20,201 nt of DNA from the NCBI GenBank assembly GCA_036339735.1, contig JAYZAL010000050.1, positions 1 through 20,201 of the forward strand. Reading direction: 5' to 3'. The stretch's first letter is position 1. Each line of letters opens with the position of its first letter. The notes under the pieces were generated by a model. That model was not told the origin of the DNA. It did not search any database and worked only from the letters and a program-made list of their open reading frames with translations. Positions 1 to 8,422 of this stretch are shown here, one piece after another. Origin of the DNA: Candidatus Poribacteria bacterium (GTDB taxonomy: Bacteria > Poribacteria > WGA-4E > UBA9662). Both the position numbers and the translations under genes were made by a program.

Positions 1-162
1 TGCTTTTTCTCTTTTGGAATCAAGTCTGGCTTCTTTCGGTTCTTGCATTCCATCTCCTTTCAGTGGCCCACCTTTTATGACCTTACCAGCTATCGCTGAT
101 TGGGAGATAAACGCCATCGTAGCAACAAGCAATAACGAAAAGACAATTTTAAGTTTTGCCAT
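1..162 (-). CDS. Secreted protein of unknown function, N-terminal 54 codons only (runs off the window)
   Basis: Hand translation from ATG at 162: MAKLKIVFSLLLVATMAFISQSAIAGKVIKGGPLKGDGMQEPKEARLDSKREKA, with no stop. Classic signal peptide (basic N-terminus, hydrophobic core, A-I-A). AGGAG RBS at 174-178 and a sigma70-type promoter upstream. Not in the ORF track because it is truncated. Confidence 0.8.
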   Translation of the reverse strand, partial: MAKLKIVFSLLLVATMAFISQSAIAGKVIKGGPLKGDGMQEPKEARLDSKREKA

Positions 163-261
163 ATTTTAAATTTCTCCTTGAACAATTTTTTCAGTTTACG
201 ACATTTACCCTTTAGTTTTTCAAAACTCCATGGTCAGTCAGACCAACAGAGCTCCGCGTTC

Positions 262-290
262 AATCTAGCACAGTTGAAAAAAGTTGTCAA
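262..290 (-). promoter_or_regulatory. Sigma70-type promoter for the gene starting at 162
   Basis: Minus strand reads TTGACA (290-285), 17 nt, TAGATT (267-262), with an extended -10 TG. Confidence 0.65.
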
Positions 291-310
291 GACTTTGTTA
301 GTTTACTTAA

Positions 311-1450
311 TCAGTTTTCTATGGATTCTGTAACAATTTCGGAAGGCATTAGATTGTCAGCTGTGATTACACAGCGGAAGCTAATAGCATAGCTCATATC
401 TGTATCTGGTCGGCGAAAGTCTCGGCGAGCTACATGTTGTTCAACTGCACCCAGTAGATAAAGGCCTCCTCTGATCACTTTGTAAGTGCCATTTTCTGGC
501 CCTTTTGGATTATTAACCGGTGAAGAAGCATAATAGTCACGTTGATACCAGTCTGACACCCACTCAATAGCATTACCTGCCATATCATATAATCCGTAGC
601 CATTGGGAAGATAACTACCGACCGGTGCTAAGGTGTCGTATCCATCATCGATGTAGAAAGTACGAAGCTGGTCGTGGCCCAGTTGTCGCAAATTTTCACC
701 ATTGAACAGCAGAGTTTCTATGCCTTCTGGACTATCCACTAAATTCAGCAGGAAAGCACGTTGGTCTTCATCAACTTCTGAACTGCGTAGAACCTGGTTA
801 CGAACCATATAGACTGGGTCGTAGCCAACATATTCCAAGATAGGAAACATATTTCGGTCGCCAAAATTACACTGGCTACCGTCAGGGGGTTCATCTCCCC
901 AAGGATATCGTTTGCCGACCAATCCACCACGTGCGGCGTATTCCCATTCAGCTTCCGTTGGTAATCTTTTACCTACCCACTTTGCGTAAGCGGCGGCCTC
1001 ATACCAAGTCACAAAAATAATTGGGTGATCATTACTAGGCGCAAGTCGTGCCATTTCAACACCTTGCCCACTAGTTCTAACGGGGCGGCCTGTTGCCTCA
1101 GCAAATTTTTTGTACTGACCAATTGTAACTTCGTGTGTATCCATGTAGAAAGCACTTAGCTCAACCGTATGTACTGGTCTAGGTGGCTTTTCACCGCTTT
1201 GCTCTTCTCCCAACATCGCTTCTGGATATAAGTTTGCATCCCCCATCTGAAAACTGCCACTTGGTATCAGCCTCATTTTGCTCTGATCCTTTTTCCACAC
1301 TAATTTCAGAGGTCGATCCTTGTCATCGTTTTTGGTCAAGTACTGTTCTTTGACCGCATCCGGAACCAAATCACAACTAGTTGGTATGATTAGACACAAT
1401 AGAACCAGAATTATCCTGGCTAACAAAAGTTGTACCCCATTAGATATCAA
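311..1450 (-). CDS. FGE-sulfatase (SUMF1/EgtB/PvdO family) domain protein, probably an exported lipoprotein, lacking the FGE catalytic cysteines
   Basis: Motifs IPSGSFQMG, FYMDTHEVT, RLPTEAEWEYAARGG, YPWG, PVGSYLPNGYGLYDMAGN and IRGG...FRC. N-terminal hydrophobic stretch ends in PTSC (possible lipobox). TTG start with GGGAG upstream; the start codon is uncertain. Confidence 0.9.
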   Translation of the reverse strand: MISNGVQLLLARIILVLLCLIIPTSCDLVPDAVKEQYLTKNDDKDRPLKLVWKKDQSKMRLIPSGSFQMGDANLYPEAMLGEEQSGEKPPRPVHTVELSAFYMDTHEVTIGQYKKFAEATGRPVRTSGQGVEMARLAPSNDHPIIFVTWYEAAAYAKWVGKRLPTEAEWEYAARGGLVGKRYPWGDEPPDGSQCNFGDRNMFPILEYVGYDPVYMVRNQVLRSSEVDEDQRAFLLNLVDSPEGIETLLFNGENLRQLGHDQLRTFYIDDGYDTLAPVGSYLPNGYGLYDMAGNAIEWVSDWYQRDYYASSPVNNPKGPENGTYKVIRGGLYLLGAVEQHVARRDFRRPDTDMSYAISFRCVITADNLMPSEIVTESIEN

Positions 1451-1477
1451 TTTCTAACTTCTCCCACTGATTGGTCA

Positions 1478-2455
1478 TTATGGAATTTGTGCCCCTTGTG
1501 TTTCTACGTATAACGAATAAATGGATTGGCTACCCGCCATAAACAATCGGTTACGTTTAACACCACCAAAACAAAGATTAGCACAAATTTCGGGCAAATG
1601 AATTTTTCCGATTAAATCCCCATCGGGAGCAAAAACATGCACTCCGTCATAGCCTTCACCAACCCAACCAGCACTAGACCAAACATTACCATCTATATCA
1701 CACCGAATTCCGTCAGCCAAGCCATCACCCATGTCACAGAAAACTCGTTTGTTTTCGATTTTTGAATCATCAATGATATCGAAAACATAGATTACCCGTG
1801 GGCAGTCTGGATCGTGTGTAGCTCCAGTATCGGCTACGTATAACCGTTTGAGATCAGGAGAAAAACATAATCCGTTAGGCTTGCCCAATTCACTAGTCAA
1901 AACTGTAGCTTGACCGGTATCAGGACTGAGACGGTAGACATTAGTTGAAATCTCTAATTCACCCAGATTCCCTTCATAGTGAAAGAGTGAACCATAACCG
2001 GGATCAGTAAACCATATCGTGTTATCAGGATGAACAATAACATCATTCGGGGCATTAAGCTGTTTACCTTCAAAACTATCCATCAATATAGTAATTGTCC
2101 CATCATGCTCAGTGCGTGTAACTCGCCGGGTACCATGCTCACAGGATATTAATCTCCCCTGTTTATCACGCGTGTTACCGTTACTGTAGTTAGACGGAGA
2201 TCGAAACACACTGATTTGGCCAGACTCTTCGTCCCACCGAACTTGACGATTATTTGGTATATCACTCCACATTAGATAACGACCATCACCGAACCAAGCT
2301 GGTCCTTCAGCCCATCTCATACCAGTACAAATGCGCTCGATAACCGCATTGCCAATAATGTACTTTTTGAAACGATCGTCAATGACTTCAATTGCGGGAT
2401 CTGGGTAGCGAACAACACCGTTCTCCCAATCTCGATCCATCAGATACTTGCTCAT
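1478..2455 (-). CDS. gnl: SMP-30/gluconolactonase/LRE family lactonase
   Basis: Motifs WAEGPAW, WSDIPNNR, SNGNTRD, LNAPNDV, FTDPGYG, PNGLCFSPD, ADGIRCD and ANLCFGG. AAGGAG RBS at 2467-2472. Confidence 0.92.
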   Translation of the reverse strand: MSKYLMDRDWENGVVRYPDPAIEVIDDRFKKYIIGNAVIERICTGMRWAEGPAWFGDGRYLMWSDIPNNRQVRWDEESGQISVFRSPSNYSNGNTRDKQGRLISCEHGTRRVTRTEHDGTITILMDSFEGKQLNAPNDVIVHPDNTIWFTDPGYGSLFHYEGNLGELEISTNVYRLSPDTGQATVLTSELGKPNGLCFSPDLKRLYVADTGATHDPDCPRVIYVFDIIDDSKIENKRVFCDMGDGLADGIRCDIDGNVWSSAGWVGEGYDGVHVFAPDGDLIGKIHLPEICANLCFGGVKRNRLFMAGSQSIYSLYVETQGAQIP

Positions 2456-2498
2456 CAGGTTTCAATCTCCTTGATAAAATAGTTTGTTGTACTTTACG

Positions 2499-2522
2499 AA
2501 ACCGATTATATCCAATCGGTTT
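2499..2522. other. 9-bp inverted repeat between thiolase and lactonase (possible weak terminator, processing site or operator)
   Basis: AAACCGATT (2499-2507), ATATCC, AATCGGTTT (2514-2522), located 7 nt after the thiolase stop codon. Confidence 0.45.
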
Positions 2523-2529
2523 TGAACCA

Positions 2530-3720
2530 TCAATGCTCTGGACGCTCGAACAAAATAGCAATGCCCATCCCACCACCTACACACAAAGAAGCTAAGCCAT
2601 AGCGTACCTCCCTTCTTTTCATCAGGTGTAAAAGGGTTGTGCTAATACGAGTACCGCTGGCTGCTAAGGGATGGCCCAAAGCTATGGCGCCACCATGGAC
2701 GTTCACTTTTTCTGGATCCAAACTCAATTCAGAAATTACTGCGAGCGACTGGGCCGCGAATGCTTCATTCAGCTCAAAGAGATCAATTTGGCTGAGGTCC
2801 AAACCATTTTTTTGCATTAATTGCCGAATGGCGTAAACAGGCCCAAGGCCCATATATTGAGGGTCTAAACCAACATTAGCATAGGCCTTGACATATGCTA
2901 AAATATCCAGATCAAACCGCTTTGCTGTCGCTTCAGACATCATCATGACTATAGAGGCGCCATCATTAATACCTGAAGAATTACCAGCGGTTACACTACC
3001 TCCATCCTCAAAAACAGGATTCAGTTGAGCTAAAGAATCAAGGGTTACACTCGGTCTGGGGTGTTCGTCCAAATCGAATTTAGTCTTTGGATGTTTTTTT
3101 TGGTTGGAAAGTGGAACAGGTACAATCTCGTCCTGAAACGCCAATTGACTTTGAGCTCGATAATACTTCTGTTGGCTTTGGTAGGCGAATAAATCTTGGT
3201 CAGCACGTGAAATCGCATACTTCTTAGCTACGTTTTCTGCTGTTACTCCCATATGGTAGTTGTGGAAAGCATCAGTTAATCCATCCTGAAGTAAGAGGTC
3301 ACGCATTTCTAGATGTCCGAGTTTATTACCCCAGCGTGGACCGTTTACCATAAAAGGGACTGAGCTCATACTTTCCATTCCACCAGCCAGTATGATCTTA
3401 GTGTCATCCAACATAATACTTTCGGTTGCATGGATAATTGATTTCAAGCCAGAACCGCAAACTTGGTTGACCAAAGTAGCTGGAATATGATTAGGTAAAC
3501 CCGACTTGATAGTCGCTATACGTGCTGGATTCATTCCACAACCGCTACTGTAGACCTGTCCCAGGATAACTTCGCTGATGGTATGCGGCTGAATCTGAGT
3601 AGATTCAACGACATTTTGAATCAAAACAGTCGTTAATTGATCAGCTGAAAATTCTCTCAGTACACCACCGAAACTACCAATTGGGGTCCGAACCGCCCTG
3701 ACAATAACAACTTTTACCAT
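2530..3720 (-). CDS. atoB: Acetyl-CoA C-acetyltransferase (thiolase II)
   Basis: Motifs RTPIGSFGG, NQVCGSG (catalytic Cys), GGMESMS, TAGNSSGINDGA, NEAFAAQ, GHPLAASG and CVGGGMG. GGGAGG RBS at 3729-3734. Confidence 0.95.
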   Translation of the reverse strand: MVKVVIVRAVRTPIGSFGGVLREFSADQLTTVLIQNVVESTQIQPHTISEVILGQVYSSGCGMNPARIATIKSGLPNHIPATLVNQVCGSGLKSIIHATESIMLDDTKIILAGGMESMSSVPFMVNGPRWGNKLGHLEMRDLLLQDGLTDAFHNYHMGVTAENVAKKYAISRADQDLFAYQSQQKYYRAQSQLAFQDEIVPVPLSNQKKHPKTKFDLDEHPRPSVTLDSLAQLNPVFEDGGSVTAGNSSGINDGASIVMMMSEATAKRFDLDILAYVKAYANVGLDPQYMGLGPVYAIRQLMQKNGLDLSQIDLFELNEAFAAQSLAVISELSLDPEKVNVHGGAIALGHPLAASGTRISTTLLHLMKRREVRYGLASLCVGGGMGIAILFERPEH

Positions 3721-3852
3721 GGTTGGAGCCTCCCATTATCAAATTCCTGTACTAACAGCAGGTCTGGACATAATATTTTTCCAAACCAACGAACAGGGGA
3801 ATACAATTTAGTTCTGTAAATTTTTATCTTCAAACCCAGTTATAGCATAGCG

Positions 3853-5457
3853 TCATTCAGTTGAATCATCGGTATCCAGCAGATCAGTTGCCTCCGATGG
3901 TAAGTCTCGGGCACAACGGAATCCAACTTGGGCATTGGCTGAATGTGGCAACTCTAGATTTCGATAGGCAATGCTTAGAGCATCTTTATTGTATAGCCAA
4001 GATCCTCCCCGTAAGATCCGGTATAATCCGGTATTAGCCCCAATCGGATTATAAGAAGGTTCTTGTTCTTTGGCGTTAGAGTAGTAGTCAGCCTCATACC
4101 AATCGGAGCACCACTCCCATACGTTTCCTGCTATGTCGTAAAGCCCATATCCATTTGGAGAGAATTGACCCACTGGCGAACACTTTCGCCACTGATCTTG
4201 CCCCTCAGTTCCTTTGTCGTTGGCATGATCGGCCGTTAACTGATCCCCCCAGGGATAACGTTTTCCTGATAGACCACCTCTAGCGGCATACTCCCACTCT
4301 GCTTCAGTGGGCAGACGTTTATTCGACCACTTAGCGTAAGCAGATGCATCATACCAGGTAACATATATCATTGGGTAATTATCGTCAGGAGCATACTGTT
4401 CGACTTCTTGCCAACGGGTAAATTCGTAGCCAGTTTCCACAACAAACTTTCTGAACTGACCAACGGTTACCTCCGTCTGATCCATGTAAAAAGAATTAAT
4501 TACTACCTCATGCACAGGCCGCGACTTTTCCAACCAGCTGAGGGGATCATTTTTGCTGTCTCCCATACTGAAGGTTCCGGATGGAATTAATACCATCGGT
4601 GGCTCTGATCTTGATTTTTGTCCAGCTGAGTCTTCATTTTCAGCACTATTTTCTGTATTATTTTTGTTAGTGCTGCTGTATATCATTTCATCCGTTTCTT
4701 GATATTCTGCTAGACATCGAAAACCAAAATGTAAGCTACGAAACGTAGGCGGATATTGGCGGCTATACGCCAGTCTCGAGTCAAAAGAATCACTATGCCA
4801 AGAACCGCCCCGCAAAACTTTCCGGCTAGTGGTCGCAGCTGAGCTGTTACACCATTCCCACACATTGCCGACCATGTCGAACAATCCATAACTGTTAGCC
4901 GGAAATTGACCTACAGGAGATGTTCCTAGACCCCGTTGATCAATACCGGCACGATCACGGTAATTAGCTTGATCTTGTGTAATCTGATCCCCCCAGGGGT
5001 AACGTTTTCCTGACAGACCACCTCTAGCGGCGTATTCCCACTCTACTTCCGTGGGTAGACGTTTGCCCGCCCATTTAGCATATGCGTTAGCGTCATGCCA
5101 ATTGACGTAGGTCATTGGGTGGTCATCTGTGGGTGAATATTGCCCCACTTGTTCCCACATCGGAAACGAATAATCAGTTTCAGCGACAAACTGCTTGAAT
5201 TGACCAACTGTTATTTCTGTCTGATCCATATAAAAACCATCGAATGATACCACTACCGGATTGGGAGCTAAACCGTCTAATTGATCACCGATCACTGAGC
5301 GACCGGCTGGTACCAAAACCATGTTAGCCGCATCTTTCTCCCAGCGAATTTGTTCTTTCAAACTCACCCAATCTTGAGCTTTTCCTAGGTTGATCTGGTC
5401 AATCAAAAATAAGAATATTAGGACTATAAGAAAAGAACAAAGGGTCGGTTTGTTCAT
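3853..5457 (-). CDS. Exported protein with two tandem FGE-sulfatase (SUMF1) domains
   Basis: Signal-like N-terminus. Two copies of FYMDQTE(I/V)T...RLPTE(V/A)EWEYAARGGLSGKRYPWGD...GNVWEWC...RGGSW...GFRC, separated by an N/S/E-rich linker. Confidence 0.92.
   Translation of the reverse strand: MNKPTLCSFLIVLIFLFLIDQINLGKAQDWVSLKEQIRWEKDAANMVLVPAGRSVIGDQLDGLAPNPVVVSFDGFYMDQTEITVGQFKQFVAETDYSFPMWEQVGQYSPTDDHPMTYVNWHDANAYAKWAGKRLPTEVEWEYAARGGLSGKRYPWGDQITQDQANYRDRAGIDQRGLGTSPVGQFPANSYGLFDMVGNVWEWCNSSAATTSRKVLRGGSWHSDSFDSRLAYSRQYPPTFRSLHFGFRCLAEYQETDEMIYSSTNKNNTENSAENEDSAGQKSRSEPPMVLIPSGTFSMGDSKNDPLSWLEKSRPVHEVVINSFYMDQTEVTVGQFRKFVVETGYEFTRWQEVEQYAPDDNYPMIYVTWYDASAYAKWSNKRLPTEAEWEYAARGGLSGKRYPWGDQLTADHANDKGTEGQDQWRKCSPVGQFSPNGYGLYDIAGNVWEWCSDWYEADYYSNAKEQEPSYNPIGANTGLYRILRGGSWLYNKDALSIAYRNLELPHSANAQVGFRCARDLPSEATDLLDTDDSTE
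4240..5064. repeat. Two near-identical 81-nt copies (4240-4320 and 4984-5064) encoding the FGE core motif
   Basis: Manual ungapped alignment gives 7 mismatches in 81 nt. Confidence 0.85.
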
Positions 5458-5521
5458 TAATGAACTCCAAATTCTTTAGTGATTTTCGGGGAATATCTGG
5501 CCGAAACTAGTCATAATTCCC

Positions 5522-5550
5522 ATTATATCAGTTGGTTGACAGATCGTCTA
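5522..5550 (-). promoter_or_regulatory. Sigma70-type promoter for the double-FGE gene
   Basis: Minus strand reads TAGACG (5550-5545), 17 nt, TATAAT (5527-5522), with TG-a-TATAAT as an extended -10. Confidence 0.6.
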
Positions 5551-5564
5551 GTCGTCAATATAAT
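5536..5564 (+). promoter_or_regulatory. Perfect-consensus sigma70 promoter for the DUF1338 gene
   Basis: TTGACA (5536-5541), 17 nt, TATAAT (5559-5564). Confidence 0.8.
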
Positions 5565-5604
5565 GAGTAGTCGTCTTGGAACAGTAATTAAATTTCCCTA
5601 TCCT

Positions 5605-6390
5605 ATGACCTTAGATCAGATATTAGCCAATTTTTGGTCAACTTATATTGAACTAAATCCATCTGCAGTGGATGTTAAACGAATCTTGTCTGGACCAGGC
5701 CCATTGGTAAATGACCATATTGCTTTCCGAACATTGAATATAGATCCATTCAAAATCTGTCAAATAGCTAGTCCATTTCTAACTCGAGGCTATCAGGCCA
5801 AAGGCGACTACGTATTCACCAATAAAAAACTGCTAGCCCATCATTTTGAGCACCCAAACCAAATTTATCCTAAGCTGTTTATAAGCCAGTTGCAAGTTGA
5901 CCTCTGTTCATCTTTTCTGCAATCGACTATGCAGTCATTAGTTGAACTGCAACCCTCTATCTCCATCGACGAGAAGTTCTTAACGGCTGGCCGTTGGTGG
6001 CCGATTAAAAAATTGACTTACGATCGTCTTCTGGCAGAAAGCGAATACGCTGCCTGGTTTTATGTGTTTGGTTTTGTGCCCAACCACTTCACAGTTCTTG
6101 TCAATTGCCTAACTGAAATAACCGATCTAGTTACCGTTAACCACAGACTAAAGAAGCACGGGTTCAAAATGAATATAAACGGAGGAGAAGTTAAGGGGAG
6201 CCCGGTTACCGGCCTGGAGCAATCTTCAACTTTGGCTCATCCAATACCGGTTCAATTCAGCGACCAAAATGAACCAATTTTAATCCCAGCCTGTTATTAC
6301 GAATTTGCCAAACGTCATAATGGATTCAGTGGATTTATAGTTGAATCTGCAGATAAAATTTTTGAAAGTACTAATTCTTCTAACTCCTAA
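5605..6390 (+). CDS. DUF1338 protein (HglS/YdcJ family, 2-oxoadipate dioxygenase/decarboxylase-like)
   Basis: Motifs NDHIAFRT, SEYAAW, NHFTV, GLEQSSTLA, CYYEFAKR and ADKIFEST, including the His-His-Glu metal triad. Start moved from 5479 to ATG 5605 (MTLDQIL) because the consensus promoter lies inside the longer ORF. Confidence 0.85.
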   Translation: MTLDQILANFWSTYIELNPSAVDVKRILSGPGPLVNDHIAFRTLNIDPFKICQIASPFLTRGYQAKGDYVFTNKKLLAHHFEHPNQIYPKLFISQLQVDLCSSFLQSTMQSLVELQPSISIDEKFLTAGRWWPIKKLTYDRLLAESEYAAWFYVFGFVPNHFTVLVNCLTEITDLVTVNHRLKKHGFKMNINGGEVKGSPVTGLEQSSTLAHPIPVQFSDQNEPILIPACYYEFAKRHNGFSGFIVESADKIFESTNSSNS

Positions 6391-6437
6391 ATGTACACAC
6401 TCAAAACTAACACATAAAAAATTAGAGGCACTATATT

Positions 6438-7214
6438 ATGGTTACAGTTAATTATATCGGTCATGCTTCATTTTCGTTTAAATCAGAACAAGGCACAACA
6501 ATTTATTATGATCCCTGGTTAGACGAGAGTCCTGTAGCTTCGATCAAACGATCAGATGTAGAAACTGCAGATATTGTCATCGCCACCCATGGGCACAATG
6601 ACCATGTACGAGACGCTTTTGAGATTTGCCATCAAACTAGAGCTAAGTTTGTCGGAAATTATGAAATGACCCTAGTAGCCAAAGCTCATGGAATAGAGGA
6701 AAATCGGATCTTTCCCATGAACCCAGGTGGTTCTGTACAAATTGATGACGTAAAAATCACGATGGTGCAAGCATTTCATAACTCAGGTTCATTGTCGCCC
6801 AATCTATCGCTAGGGCCACCACCTGAAGGTTTCTATTTTCGACCCGATGGTGGATCAACTGGTATTATTCTGAGCTTCGATTGTGGCGTTACTGTTTACA
6901 ACACTTCAGATACAAACGTTTTTGCTGACATGCAGTTAATTTCACAAATTTATGGGCCACAAATTGCCATTTTACCAATTGGCGGTAAGTTTACTATGGG
7001 CATTCGCGAAGGAGCCAGAGCCGCCAGTTTGATTCGGCCAGACGTAGTAATTCCTTGTCATTATGGGGAAGCAGTTGGACAACCTGTGGATCTGGAAGCA
7101 TTCATTTCTGGTCTAGACTTTTTGTCTCCCAATATTAGAGTTGCTGCTCTAGAACCTGGTCAATCGCTACAATATGCAGCGGCTCAATATAGCATAGTCT
7201 CAGCCGGAAGTTGA
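6438..7214 (+). CDS. Metal-dependent hydrolase, metallo-beta-lactamase fold (UPF0173-like)
   Basis: Motifs YIGHASF, DPWL, THGHNDH (HxHxDH), AFH, SDT, LPIGGKFTMG and IPCHY. Confidence 0.88.
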   Translation: MVTVNYIGHASFSFKSEQGTTIYYDPWLDESPVASIKRSDVETADIVIATHGHNDHVRDAFEICHQTRAKFVGNYEMTLVAKAHGIEENRIFPMNPGGSVQIDDVKITMVQAFHNSGSLSPNLSLGPPPEGFYFRPDGGSTGIILSFDCGVTVYNTSDTNVFADMQLISQIYGPQIAILPIGGKFTMGIREGARAASLIRPDVVIPCHYGEAVGQPVDLEAFISGLDFLSPNIRVAALEPGQSLQYAAAQYSIVSAGS

Positions 7215-8171
7215 TCCATCAATTGTCAGCTGACGTTTTATCGGCTTGTTTCCAGGCTCTTGAATGACTTGACTACCATCAGATAAGCGCAACCAAGTAT
7301 GAAACTCCCTTTGCTCTTCGATTAGCTGAATTACACGGGCGCCCCTAAGAAATCCGTTTCGTCCATAGGTGTTGTAACCGGTAGATCGACCGTAACAAAG
7401 TCGAATCCCGTGTAGTTCTCCTTCGTAATCGTTGATATGGTCGTGTCCAACAAAAGTAGCCATAACATCACCCATCTGATGAAACGCAGCAAAAAGACCA
7501 GTATTAATACGGGGTGAGCAAACCGGTTCGTATTTGGCCCCGTAGCAAGTGTGAAAATCCCAGACTTGATCATATTCCGGTAGTGGGATGTGAAAGAAGG
7601 CTAGGGCTGGTATCCGTTTATCCTCATGTGTATGATAGGATTTTGCCTGAAGCCTGTACCATCCGACTTGGTCGTGGCGGACCCAATCATATCCACCAAT
7701 ATCAGTGGGTGCATAACTGCCAGAATCTAGAAAATAGAGCAAAGCTGCCGGCGTGGTATTGCGAACTTCGTTAACATCAAAAAAAGGTTCGATTGGCAAG
7801 ACATAGTTGCCAACGCCAGCAATTGTCGAAGGTCCGGCCTGTGTTAGGCAAGTTGGAAAGTTCATTTGGATCTCGGCTAACTCTGCTCGGGACGCATTAC
7901 CTTCATCATCATGGTTGCCAAAAGTTGAAGCCCAACGCTGACCACAAGTCTCGAAAATATTGGCAACTTGTTTCATAGATTGGACTGCATCTAGACAGCT
8001 ACTTGCTGACAAAATGTCGCCGGTTAAAACGACTAAATCTGGTGATTCAGTTGAAATAACCATCTTTATTAGTTCAGCAGTCTTTTGATCTTCGCTTTCT
8101 CCATTTTGCCAGTGAAGGTCAGTAAATTGGACTATCTTAAAATTTTGGTCTTTATTGAATTGAAGTGTCAT
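7200..8171 (-). CDS. Calcineurin-like metallophosphoesterase (Dcr2/PAP29-like group)
   Basis: Motifs FKIVQFTDLH, LTGD, FGNHD, FFHIPLPEY, GHDHINDY and RGARVI. GGAGG at 8177-8181 favours the ATG at 8171 over 8183. The 3' end overlaps the convergent hydrolase by 15 nt. Confidence 0.9.
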   Translation of the reverse strand: MTLQFNKDQNFKIVQFTDLHWQNGESEDQKTAELIKMVISTESPDLVVLTGDILSASSCLDAVQSMKQVANIFETCGQRWASTFGNHDDEGNASRAELAEIQMNFPTCLTQAGPSTIAGVGNYVLPIEPFFDVNEVRNTTPAALLYFLDSGSYAPTDIGGYDWVRHDQVGWYRLQAKSYHTHEDKRIPALAFFHIPLPEYDQVWDFHTCYGAKYEPVCSPRINTGLFAAFHQMGDVMATFVGHDHINDYEGELHGIRLCYGRSTGYNTYGRNGFLRGARVIQLIEEQREFHTWLRLSDGSQVIQEPGNKPIKRQLTIDGSTSG

Positions 8172-8300
8172 CAGAGCCTCCATGTCATCAATTTTTAGTC
8201 AAACTCCATAATGTTAACATGGTCAAGGGTAGGGTAGATGGTTAAATCAATGACAACAAGAAGTGATTGAGGACTTCGGCTCAATCGTTCTGGAAATACC

Positions 8301-8329
8301 TTGCTCCACTCCCTAAAATTGGCTATAAT
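8301..8329 (+). promoter_or_regulatory. Probable sigma70 promoter for the large surface protein
   Basis: TTGCTC (8301-8306), 17 nt, TATAAT (8324-8329). Confidence 0.5.
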
Positions 8330-8422
8330 CGAGGTGTGGATTGGTGGAAACCATTCCTCAATTGAAGATTTTGCTAAACCCATGCCCCTTCTCGGCTATC
8401 ACTAAATCCGTCGGAGACCTTT

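Noticed and set aside
3853..5457. Diversity-generating retroelement targeting the FGE/CLec domains
   Set aside because: No reverse transcriptase or Avd gene and no non-coding template repeat matching any C-terminal segment. The 81-nt repeat covers the conserved core, and its mismatches are not adenine-specific.
8265..8286. Hairpin GATTGAG..cTTCGg..CTCAATC as a terminator or sRNA
   Set aside because: Only a 7-bp stem with no U-tract, lying between divergent genes. Too little to call.
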